A program made the position numbers and the translations under genes. Below the pieces are notes generated by a model, which was not told the origin of the DNA, did no database searches, and worked only from the letters and a program-made list of their open reading frames with translations. Below, in pieces: positions 50,861 to 59,786 of a DNA stretch of 64,000 bases. Source of the DNA: Deferribacterales bacterium. GTDB taxonomy: Bacteria; Chrysiogenota; Deferribacteres; Deferribacterales; Geovibrionaceae. The stretch's first letter is position 1. Each line of letters begins with the position of its first letter. The stretch is from NCBI GenBank assembly GCA_050253075.1, contig JBFWJS010000002.1, positions 288,001-352,000 of the forward strand, read 5' to 3'.

Positions 50861-51517
50861 TTATTTATAGAACGTAAGAGTCGTGAGCTTCAGCACGCCT
50901 TTGTAGAAATCTGTGCTGACGTGCTTCTCTGCCTCAGTGCAGAATGAGCCGAACCAGCTTGCGATGTGTTCCTCGATGAAGGAATCACGCTTTTCGCAAT
51001 AGAGTTCATACGCATCACTGCTGCCTGCAAGCATCTTTTCTGATGTATCACCTGCGAGATATGCCAGATAACCTATCAGTGTGCCGATATAGTCGTGTCT
51101 GTTATTCAGATCGAGAAAACCTGTGTAGCCTTCGCTGTTATACATTTCTGCCAGCTTGCTTATCACAGACAGATCCTTCGCCCCTTTATAAACCTGGGAA
51201 TAAGGCGGTCTCGGACCGTAATCGGGAGAAACTCCCCTGAAGGTCTTTGTCCAGTCACGCTTCAGCTCGAGCAGGATATCCTCATAGTCGCTCATCACGC
51301 CGTGAGGTATAGATGTCAGCATTTCCATGACACCTTTCAGGGTCGGGTCGGAGACATCTGCGGGCATCAGTTTTCCAACTGCCTTTATCAGCTCTTCGCA
51401 TGGATTGACATTATAAAATGCCGCCAGCAGAGAGAACGATGCTTCCTCCAGACGAACTTCCTGAAGCTCTATATCCTGATCTTCCATTACGGTTATATCG
51501 TTTTCTTTCATGTTCAT
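50861..51517 (-). CDS. TorD/DmsD-family redox enzyme maturation chaperone
   Basis: PPYSQVY, HDYIG (variant of DHI), EHIASW; context. Confidence 0.75.
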   Translation of the reverse strand: MNMKENDITVMEDQDIELQEVRLEEASFSLLAAFYNVNPCEELIKAVGKLMPADVSDPTLKGVMEMLTSIPHGVMSDYEDILLELKRDWTKTFRGVSPDYGPRPPYSQVYKGAKDLSVISKLAEMYNSEGYTGFLDLNNRHDYIGTLIGYLAYLAGDTSEKMLAGSSDAYELYCEKRDSFIEEHIASWFGSFCTEAEKHVSTDFYKGVLKLTTLTFYK

Positions 51518-51566
51518 ACCTCGCTTTATACGCCCCGCTAAGCAGGCGGGGCATAAAGTATTGTGA

Positions 51567-52172
51567 TCAATCTATGTAAAATACCCTTGGCACAGTGCCC
51601 TCTTCCGGTTTATAAGCCTCCGGCTTAAACTCACGGTAGACTTTAGATATTTCACTGTCGGGGTCGTCCAGATCGCCGAAGATCCTTGCTTTCGCAGGGC
51701 ATGTATCCACACATGCGGGCTCTATGCCTCTCTCTCTTCTGGAAGCGCAGAAAGTACATTTGTCCACTGTCTCAGTGACGTGCTCGCTGCTTCTCTTCTT
51801 CTCATATGCGTCCTGACCTTTATCGCCCCAGTATGTTGCTTTGTCTGCTTCGTTGAAGAAACGTGCGCCGTATGGGCATGCTTCCATACAGGCCTGACAT
51901 CCGATACACTCAGATGCTGTCACCTGAACTGTGCCGTCTGCGAGCTTTTTAGACGCTTTTGTCGGGCAGACCTCCACGCATGGAGCCTTGTCGCAGTGGT
52001 TACATATCAGAGGCATGTATGCCAGTCTGCTGTTAGGGAACTGGCCGTGCTCTAAAGTAAGCACTTTGGTGTAAAAAGTTCCCGGAGGTGTCGCATTCGC
52101 CTGTTTGCAGGCAACTGTACATCCGTTACATCCGAAACAGCGTCTTTTATCTATTATCATTGCCAGTTTCAT
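51567..52172 (-). CDS. 4Fe-4S dicluster electron-transfer subunit (DmsB/ArrB/NrfC-like)
   Basis: CFGCNGC, CNHCDKAPC, CIGCQAC, CTFC...PAC. Confidence 0.9.
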   Translation of the reverse strand: MKLAMIIDKRRCFGCNGCTVACKQANATPPGTFYTKVLTLEHGQFPNSRLAYMPLICNHCDKAPCVEVCPTKASKKLADGTVQVTASECIGCQACMEACPYGARFFNEADKATYWGDKGQDAYEKKRSSEHVTETVDKCTFCASRRERGIEPACVDTCPAKARIFGDLDDPDSEISKVYREFKPEAYKPEEGTVPRVFYID

Positions 52173-52181
52173 TTTTTACTC

Positions 52182-54899
52182 CTAACTTACCTTATAGATT
52201 TTTACTGGAACAGGGTTTGTGATACCCATAGCAACAGGGTCGCAGTCTGCGAGGTCTGTACATGTCAGTTTGTTATACATCAGATACTTAGTGCCTGATG
52301 CACCCGCAGATTTGACCAGTCGTCCCATACTTCCCGCTACACCGATAACGCCCGGCAGCAGCAGCTCTGTTACGAAGAGCTTTCCTGTTATCTTGCCGTT
52401 CTTTGACTCTACTGTCACAGTGTCGCCGGATTTCAGTCCTTTCTCATTTGCAGTGATAGTGCTCAGTGTTACTGTTCCGTATGTAGGGTCGAATGTCTCG
52501 CCCACTTCGTTCAGGTACGGAAGCTGATCCACGGCGCCCACACGCATAGGAGAGTATGGTGTTTTATATGTTATAGAAACGAGATCGTATTCATCTGTAC
52601 TCTTGATAGAGTTGATTTTATTAGGTCTCCAGTTGATAACAGCCTCGTAGTACGCAAGGTGCTTTTCAGCGTCGATACCGAGTGCTTTGACAACGTCATT
52701 GTGCTTTTTAAAGAATGGACGGAGGCCGTCACCGCTCTTTTTCAGTCTTTCGAAATAGAATGGGAACCTTGTCTCTCCTTTAGCATACAGACCTGTGTTG
52801 TAACAGTCGGCAGGAGCTTCTCTCTGTATGATGAGTCCTGTATCGTTCAGGCTGTCCATCGTGTGTTCTTTACCGAAGTATTTCTGAACACCTCTGTCCC
52901 AGACCTCTCTTACAGTGTAGAGTTTGTCAGGTTTGAAGTAGTCCTTCTTATCAAGGAATGCGATGGATATCTCACCGATCATAACGCCCATCTTGTTCAT
53001 CGCTTCGTTAAAGTCGCTGATAATACCCATCTTTTCGCAGAGCTGCATTATGATATCCTGTGACTGACGGGAATCAAATACAGGCGGGATAGGGTCTCTG
53101 TACATCAGCATCTTCAGCCCGAGTGTCTCTTTGGTGAAAACGTCGAAGCCTGACTCGTAGCAGTTCACGGATTCTTTCTCAAGGATCGCATGTGACGGAA
53201 GCAGGATGTCGGACATGTGCGCCATCTCGTCGTAGTGGTATGCCAGAGTGGCAGAGAACGGGATGCGGGAGATAGACTCTGCAACCATGTATGGCTCTGT
53301 CGTACTGGATATAGGGTTACCGCCGACGGTAAGGAGTGCATCGATCTCATACTCGACACCGTATTTCTTCGGATCCATAGCCACTTTATAAGCCAGTGCA
53401 GGCGTAGAGTGTCTGTGCGGGAAGAATTCGTAAAGGTCGATATGCTTCGGCGGCCATGTAGGCTCTTTGAAAAGTGCCTCCATCTTAGGCTCTACCACAC
53501 CGTCTTTATCAGGTGAGAGGAAAGGTCCTCTGGCGCAGGCGATGTTTCCGCCCGGCACATCAAGGGAACCGACGAGCATGTTGCATATCTTGCTCATAAG
53601 GTCGGCGCCGATACCGTCTCTCTGTCCCATTGCTCCACGCTGGCATATGATGCTGGATGTTCTGAGAGGGAATGTCTTGTCTTTGCCGTTCTTATCTTTC
53701 AGAGTGATAGTTTTGCCGATGCTGGCATTATCGACAAATCCTTTAGCTACTTCTCTGAGTCTAGCAGCAGGGATCTTTGTCAGCTCAGCCGCCCACTCAG
53801 GTGTTTTATCTTTCAGGCTTTCTTTAACAAGTGTAAAGCCTGTCACAAGTTTCTCGCCGTTCTGCTTGAGGTCTTTCACCTCGAGAGCAGGAGTTTTAAG
53901 TGTTTTATCGTCAAAGGATTTGACCTTTTTATCAGCAAGGTCATATATCTGAGGCTTGCCGTCTTTGCCTCTGTAGTAATCCCCTTTTGTATCGATGAGG
54001 TAAGGAGCGTTTGTGGACCAGCGCATGGTCTCTTCGTCATATTTACCTATCTCAAAGATTATCGTATGTGCGATGGTCATAAGGAATGGAAGCTCTGTTC
54101 CGGGCTTGATAGGAAGCCATTCGCCTTTTGATGCTTCTGCCGTGCATCTCGGGTCTACTACCACGTATTTAAGGTCTGTGTCGGCAAGAGCATCGCCGAG
54201 GCCTCTTGCTCCGCCGTTCGCAGCTCCGATGGACATACCTGTGTGGCGTCCGACAGCTATAACGTATTTAGCGTATTTAAGGTCGGATACCGTAACAGGG
54301 AAGATACCCTGTACAAGGTCTGCCGCATAGTGCAGCGCACAAAGTGTTCCGTTACTCTTCAGATAGTTAGGAGTGCCGTAAGCAGCAGCAAAGTAGAAAA
54401 GATATGTACAGAAATAGTTCATATCTCCGAAGCCCACCTGAAAGATGAATCTCTTAGGATCTCTGTCCCTTACTTTTTTCAGTGTCTTGGCTGTTGTAGT
54501 CAGAGCCTCTTCCCATGATATCTCTACCCACATCGGGTCTTCGTTCAGCCCCTTCTTAGGGTTTGTACGCTTCATAGGAGCTTTCACTCTGTAAGGGTTG
54601 TAAAGGTTCTGTATAAGAGAGTTACCCCTTGCACACATTGTACCTTTATTGTTTGGAGCTTTTGGATTTCCTTTCAGCTCGACAACAACGCCGTTTTCCA
54701 CACGGTACATGTTCGGGCAGTCGCCCCTCATGCACATTCTGCAGTGACTGAAGTGCCAGCTGTCCTTTGGGATCTGCTTTGAGCTTTTAGCAATACCGTT
54801 TACAGGCAGTGCGGCGTTTAATGCTGAAGCAGCACTTAAAACCCCCGCTGCTTTCAAAACTGACCGTCTACTAACCTTTAGTGTTGATAAACTCGCCAT
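52182..54899 (-). CDS. Tat-exported molybdopterin oxidoreductase (DMSO reductase superfamily), substrate unknown
   Basis: SRRSVLK Tat motif, N-terminal CRMCMRGDC...CARG FeS motif, PMKRTNPKKG, VVDPR, SDILLP. Confidence 0.9.
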   Translation of the reverse strand: MASLSTLKVSRRSVLKAAGVLSAASALNAALPVNGIAKSSKQIPKDSWHFSHCRMCMRGDCPNMYRVENGVVVELKGNPKAPNNKGTMCARGNSLIQNLYNPYRVKAPMKRTNPKKGLNEDPMWVEISWEEALTTTAKTLKKVRDRDPKRFIFQVGFGDMNYFCTYLFYFAAAYGTPNYLKSNGTLCALHYAADLVQGIFPVTVSDLKYAKYVIAVGRHTGMSIGAANGGARGLGDALADTDLKYVVVDPRCTAEASKGEWLPIKPGTELPFLMTIAHTIIFEIGKYDEETMRWSTNAPYLIDTKGDYYRGKDGKPQIYDLADKKVKSFDDKTLKTPALEVKDLKQNGEKLVTGFTLVKESLKDKTPEWAAELTKIPAARLREVAKGFVDNASIGKTITLKDKNGKDKTFPLRTSSIICQRGAMGQRDGIGADLMSKICNMLVGSLDVPGGNIACARGPFLSPDKDGVVEPKMEALFKEPTWPPKHIDLYEFFPHRHSTPALAYKVAMDPKKYGVEYEIDALLTVGGNPISSTTEPYMVAESISRIPFSATLAYHYDEMAHMSDILLPSHAILEKESVNCYESGFDVFTKETLGLKMLMYRDPIPPVFDSRQSQDIIMQLCEKMGIISDFNEAMNKMGVMIGEISIAFLDKKDYFKPDKLYTVREVWDRGVQKYFGKEHTMDSLNDTGLIIQREAPADCYNTGLYAKGETRFPFYFERLKKSGDGLRPFFKKHNDVVKALGIDAEKHLAYYEAVINWRPNKINSIKSTDEYDLVSITYKTPYSPMRVGAVDQLPYLNEVGETFDPTYGTVTLSTITANEKGLKSGDTVTVESKNGKITGKLFVTELLLPGVIGVAGSMGRLVKSAGASGTKYLMYNKLTCTDLADCDPVAMGITNPVPVKIYKVS

Positions 54900-55132
54900 G
54901 CTATACCTCCATTATTGATTGGCCGAATAAATCTAAAAAACCCGGAATCGGCCTCTGATAAAAGGATATGGTTTTAATTGGATACTTTTAAGGTCCAAGC
55001 CCCCCTAAGAAAGAGGTGCCAAAAGGCTTTTTTAGGGTCCAGATCCCGTATAGTTTACAGGGCCAGCGACTCCGGCAGATGAATTAACAAATTTTTGTGT
55101 TATTTTTAAATATACATACAAAAGGTGAGCAT

Positions 55133-56551
55133 ATGTTATACGATTGGAACCCTGATAAGGACTCTGAGATACCAATTTATGTCCAGCTCGCTAACCACAT
55201 TAGAGGATTAATTACCTCAGGTGTTATCAAAAGCGGGGCAAAGCTCCCGAGCAGACGCACACTGACGGCAAAGCTGGATGTAAGCAGGAATTCGGTTATT
55301 GCTGCTCTGGAGCTGCTGATAGAGGAAGGACTTATCATATCTTTTCCCAAATGCGGCTTCTTTGTAACGGATAACTGGGACATTTCAATAGCAAACTGGC
55401 AGGCTTATATAAAACGTGCCAGACACAGACCGGGGAATTCTGAGATAAGACACTGGTCGGATGCGGGCGGGCTTACCGAATTTGCCCTCAGTCCAGATTT
55501 CGACTGCGGTCCATATCTGCAGGAATCCTTCATCAGCGCCATGAACAAAATGAGCAAGCTCGACATGAAGTGCAAGTTCAGCAAGTTCGGCTTTCTCGGT
55601 CTGCGTGAAGCTATTGTTAAACATGTACGCACTTTCGGCATAAAGGCCGATGTAGACAACATATTGATCTGCCCTTCCAACATACTCGTATTATATCCGC
55701 TGTATGAATCACTTATGACCAGCGGGTCAAACTTCTTCTATGAGCAGAGCAACCTGATCATGGCGATATCGAACATCCACTCCATAGGTATGAACATGAT
55801 ACCCATACCACTCGACCAGCACGGACTTTCTGTCACAGAGCTGAAAAAGAATATCAGCAGGTACAAACATCCTGTGCTGCACCTTGACCTCACTGATCAG
55901 GCTCCCACCGGCATAGTGATGTCTCGTAAGCGTAAGAGAGACCTCATGGACATCATAAACGAGCACAGACTGCCCGTGGTGGAGATAGACCACCTGCGTG
56001 ATGCGTGGCACGATAAACCCTTCCCCTATCCTCTGAAATCAATGGATGAGCAGGGGAATATAATCTATATGGGCTCGATGATACGAAGCTGTCCCTGCGA
56101 CCTGCAGATGACATGGCTCATCGCAGATAAATATATTGTCGATCATCTGGCTGATGTTCTGGTGCAGAACGGCATAAAGGCAAACTTCCTTATGCAGATA
56201 GCACAGGCGGAGCTTTTCGATTCAGGTGCTTACTATGAGCTGATGGAAGGCGTCAGGGAATTCATAAAGAAGCGCAGGGAGAAAGCTCTGGGCTATCTGA
56301 AGACCCATCTTTCAGACATAGCATTATGGAAAGAGAAGAACTGCGGTTTTCACTTCTGGCTGGAGTTTCCTAATGTAAATATACGAAAGGTCTTTGAAAA
56401 CTCATACTTCCACGACTTCCATCCGGGATATTTCTTCGACCTTAAAGATAACAGCCACATCCTGCTCTGCCCTGCATCACTCAGGGACGCAGACATCGAA
56501 AAATCCATTATAGAGATATCAGAAACCGTGCGTGCAAGCATGGTAAAATAA
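55133..56551 (+). CDS. MocR/GabR-family regulator (GntR wHTH plus aminotransferase-like domain)
   Basis: PIYVQL, KLPSRR, VSRNSV; QAPTG; C-terminal domain is degenerate. Confidence 0.85.
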   Translation: MLYDWNPDKDSEIPIYVQLANHIRGLITSGVIKSGAKLPSRRTLTAKLDVSRNSVIAALELLIEEGLIISFPKCGFFVTDNWDISIANWQAYIKRARHRPGNSEIRHWSDAGGLTEFALSPDFDCGPYLQESFISAMNKMSKLDMKCKFSKFGFLGLREAIVKHVRTFGIKADVDNILICPSNILVLYPLYESLMTSGSNFFYEQSNLIMAISNIHSIGMNMIPIPLDQHGLSVTELKKNISRYKHPVLHLDLTDQAPTGIVMSRKRKRDLMDIINEHRLPVVEIDHLRDAWHDKPFPYPLKSMDEQGNIIYMGSMIRSCPCDLQMTWLIADKYIVDHLADVLVQNGIKANFLMQIAQAELFDSGAYYELMEGVREFIKKRREKALGYLKTHLSDIALWKEKNCGFHFWLEFPNVNIRKVFENSYFHDFHPGYFFDLKDNSHILLCPASLRDADIEKSIIEISETVRASMVK

Positions 56552-56560
56552 TAACGCCAT

Positions 56561-56590
56561 AAAAAGGCCGGTGCTTTAAACACCGGCCTT
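56561..56590. terminator. Terminator between the convergent MocR and VOC genes
   Basis: AAAAAGGCCGGTG-CTTTAAA-CACCGGCCTT. Confidence 0.75.
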
Positions 56591-56593
56591 AAC

Positions 56594-56971
56594 TTATATA
56601 TAGTTTGAAACCTCGATAAGGTTCAGATCAGGGTCTCTGAAATAGAGTGACAATATAGGGCCAACGGCACCCGTCCTCTCCACCGGTCCTTCAACGATCT
56701 CAACACCATGCTCGGATGCTCTTTCTGCCACATCCTCTATCGGCACATCAGTGATAAAACATATATCTATGGCTCCGGGCACGGGCAGCTTTGCCTTAGG
56801 CTCAAACTCTCTGCCGTATTCGTGTATGTTTATTTTCTGACTGCCGAATTCCAGAGCTTTTCTGCCGCCTCTGAATGTTACTTCTTTCATCCCGAGGAAA
56901 CCGACGTAAAACTTAAGAGTGGCTTCAACATCTCTTACAGTGAGTACAATATGGTCGACGCTTTTTATCAT
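56594..56971 (-). CDS. VOC/glyoxalase family protein
   Basis: DHIVLTV, QKINIH, YFRDPDLNLIE. Confidence 0.88.
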   Translation of the reverse strand: MIKSVDHIVLTVRDVEATLKFYVGFLGMKEVTFRGGRKALEFGSQKINIHEYGREFEPKAKLPVPGAIDICFITDVPIEDVAERASEHGVEIVEGPVERTGAVGPILSLYFRDPDLNLIEVSNYI

Positions 56972-57073
56972 TGCGAACCTCCCGCTTTGAAATTTTAAAT
57001 GTATGAAGAGTATTATAACATCTAACTAGTTATAAAGTGAATATTGCAAGTGGATCGATTATAAAAATTTAGG

Positions 57074-58945
57074 TCAGAATGTTATTTTGAAGACTGCTCC
57101 GCTGTCGCTGTTTTCAGCCGTCAGCTTTCCGCAGAGTCGTTTTTCGATGATGCTTTTCGCAAGGGCGAGCCCTATACCTAGCCCCTTTTCTTCCCTTTTC
57201 GAATAATGCATGTTGAAGATATATTTCATATCATCTGCGTTTATACCGCCTGCATTGTCTGCAATGCAGAGGCACAGACCTTTTGATTCTTTACATGATA
57301 TCTCTATCACAGGGTTTGCCGTCTTCCGCTCCAGCATTATGGACACTGCGTTTTCAATGATTATCAGCAGAGCCTGACTCAGCTGTTTCTCGTCTGTGGT
57401 CACCGTCTTATCCAGATCTACCCTTTCGACTATGACGCCTGCGGATTTTATCGATGAATTCATAATTTTCATGGTATTTTCCACAACATCTGCCAGATTT
57501 ATCTCACGGATATCTGAATTCTTTGAATAAAAGCTGTAGAAATTCCCCACAAGCTCGTTCATATTCTGGATATGGTTTTCCATATTAGACAGCATTACGG
57601 ATTCTTTACTCTTTTCATCGCCCTTTTTGAAATACTCCACTTTCAGGTTCAGCACCTCAGAGCCCAGATATATCAAAGGCTGCTTAAACTGGTGCAGTAT
57701 CCCTGCCAGCAGGTGACTGGTGGAATTGAATTTGTTCATCTCCTCCACGAGAAGGGCATTCTCCAGCCTCTCTTTTTCCAGCAGTTTTATCTTCATGCTG
57801 AGTATCACCGCAAAGAGAAATGCGTCCACTGTCTTGCCGAAAGGCACGGCATATATGATCCATGTTCCGAAATTAACTTTACCAAGAAAATATGCGATAT
57901 AACACAGGATAAACACCATAAATGTACCTGTACCGACCAGAAAAAGTGTCGAACCCTGTAGATTTTTCTGTTTTATCACTATCGAGCTGAATATCACAAC
58001 CAGCAGACCGAACTGTACCATGACGGCCGTTGCCCTATTGTGGGTTATCAGACTGTCTGCATAGTAAAAGTACGCCACCGACAGGGCAAGAGCTCCGAAG
58101 ACTGCTATGGTGACAAGGTTGAACTTATACAGCCAGCGGATATTCTTCCTAAGATCGAAGAGCACAATGGTGAACATAGACATAAAGATGATGCCCAGCG
58201 ACGGCATCAGCTTATACGACAGGTCGAGGATAACCGTCGACACATAAGGGCTGAGATATGTATGCACATGCCCCGATGTGGTCAGCGCATTATAAATGTT
58301 TGTAATGCTGTGAATGATATACAGCACAAACGCCATATCCCTCAGAGATGTAAAGATCATAAGGTTATACACTATGAGCGCGAGGGTGATACCTATGAAC
58401 ATCCCCCATATGGTGACGTCTTTTATGACGAAAATATTGAATTTATGCTGGTCGAATACCCTCAGCTTTGCTTTTATTGGTGATGTGGAATGATACCTCG
58501 CAAACACTGCGATGCTCTCCTGCGGGGCAAGTGTCACGTCAATATTCGGGTAGCGCTTCATAATGCTCTTAAGGTTTATGGGGCGCTGGTCGCCGAACCT
58601 CTCAGTCTTTATCACCTGCCAGCCTTTTACAACGTAAAAATCGACTTCGTCCATAGCGGCAAAATCATTCAAAAGGTGCAGGGTAACATTTTCTTTCGTT
58701 TTATTCATCAGTGGGATGATCGTCCAGACGGTTTTGTCTGAATATGGGAAGAAGTCCCTTTCGGCAGGCTTGAATTCGGAGCGTCTCCCCAGCATGTCGT
58801 ATATGTTCAGACTGCTGCCTTCCTCGACATATACGCTCAGCTCACGGCTGTCGGCTATCCTCTTCACAGAGGTGTCAAAGATGTCGAAAGCATGGGCGGA
58901 AGCACCGCACAGCATCAGAATAAAAACGATAAAATACCTGATCAT
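57074..58945 (-). CDS. 7TMR-DISM sensor histidine kinase
   Basis: Signal peptide, DISMED2-like ectodomain, 7 TMs (LIVYNLMIF), HQFKQPL H-box, DNAGG, GLGIGL. Confidence 0.85.
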   Translation of the reverse strand: MIRYFIVFILMLCGASAHAFDIFDTSVKRIADSRELSVYVEEGSSLNIYDMLGRRSEFKPAERDFFPYSDKTVWTIIPLMNKTKENVTLHLLNDFAAMDEVDFYVVKGWQVIKTERFGDQRPINLKSIMKRYPNIDVTLAPQESIAVFARYHSTSPIKAKLRVFDQHKFNIFVIKDVTIWGMFIGITLALIVYNLMIFTSLRDMAFVLYIIHSITNIYNALTTSGHVHTYLSPYVSTVILDLSYKLMPSLGIIFMSMFTIVLFDLRKNIRWLYKFNLVTIAVFGALALSVAYFYYADSLITHNRATAVMVQFGLLVVIFSSIVIKQKNLQGSTLFLVGTGTFMVFILCYIAYFLGKVNFGTWIIYAVPFGKTVDAFLFAVILSMKIKLLEKERLENALLVEEMNKFNSTSHLLAGILHQFKQPLIYLGSEVLNLKVEYFKKGDEKSKESVMLSNMENHIQNMNELVGNFYSFYSKNSDIREINLADVVENTMKIMNSSIKSAGVIVERVDLDKTVTTDEKQLSQALLIIIENAVSIMLERKTANPVIEISCKESKGLCLCIADNAGGINADDMKYIFNMHYSKREEKGLGIGLALAKSIIEKRLCGKLTAENSDSGAVFKITF

Positions 58946-58946
58946 A

Positions 58947-59639
58947 TTACTCTTTACCCGGCACAAACATATAGCCCATGTCTTTCACATTTACTATATG
59001 GTCGCCCTGAATACGTTTTTTAAGCCTGTATACCAGATTCTTCAGAGAGCTGTCAGAGCACTCTATGTCGAAGAGAGTGTCTTCGAGGAACTCCTTTTTC
59101 AACAGCCTGTTCTTATTGTTTATCAGCATGTCGAGAAGCTCTTTCTCACGCTTCGGCAAAACCTCTGCAGGCTTGTCATCATATATGAGCTCACCTGACA
59201 GCTTATTATATTTCAATGAATTATTAATGCTATACAGCAGCTGACCATGCTTATCAAGGTAGTCCACGCACTTAGTAAGGGCATTGCGGAGCTGGTCAAA
59301 CTGCAGAGGCTTTATGATATATTCCACCAGCATAAGTGGGATAGCCTCTTTTATATGGTTTATATCCTGAAATGACGTGACGATGAATATCGGCGTGGAA
59401 GAGTCTTTCTCGCGTATCTTTTTAGCGACCTGAAGCCCGCTGTATTCGGGCATTTCTATATCCAGCAGGAGAATATCGGGCTTTCTGTTTTCATACATCT
59501 CCAGAGCCTGCCTGCCGTCTTTCACGGCTATGACATTCTCCACGAAAAGCCCTACGGCGTTCACGACGCTCTCACGCACGGCATCGTCGTCTTCCGCCAC
59601 CATTATCGTCATATTTTTCAGATATTCGCTTTGTTTCAT
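58947..59639 (-). CDS. OmpR-family response regulator
   Basis: AEDD, LLDIEMP, YIIKP; wHTH LKNLVYRLKK...GY. Confidence 0.9.
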   Translation of the reverse strand: MKQSEYLKNMTIMVAEDDDAVRESVVNAVGLFVENVIAVKDGRQALEMYENRKPDILLLDIEMPEYSGLQVAKKIREKDSSTPIFIVTSFQDINHIKEAIPLMLVEYIIKPLQFDQLRNALTKCVDYLDKHGQLLYSINNSLKYNKLSGELIYDDKPAEVLPKREKELLDMLINNKNRLLKKEFLEDTLFDIECSDSSLKNLVYRLKKRIQGDHIVNVKDMGYMFVPGKE

Positions 59640-59677
59640 TCACCGGTCCATTTTTGTTTTCTCTACAATACTATTGA

Positions 59678-59735
59678 AAAGTCGCATGAAAGTCGAATTG
59701 ATATTTTTCTATTTATACGACTTTGGTTCGACTTT
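59678..59735. promoter_or_regulatory. Inverted pair of tandem OmpR-type boxes
   Basis: AAAGTCG at 59678 and 59689; CGACTTT at 59718 and 59729 (11-bp period in each pair). Confidence 0.6.
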
Positions 59736-59786
59736 CGTTTGATAGTCTCATCCTGTCCAATACTATTTTCTTATATTGAGGTAGAG

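Noticed and set aside
52182..54899. Naming the molybdoenzyme arrA, psrA or dmsA
   Set aside because: Only general superfamily motifs are recognisable, and there are no ars genes or membrane anchor; the substrate cannot be assigned by eye.
55006..55022. sigma54 promoter for the molybdoenzyme operon (TGGCAC on the minus strand)
   Set aside because: No TTGC at the -12 position.
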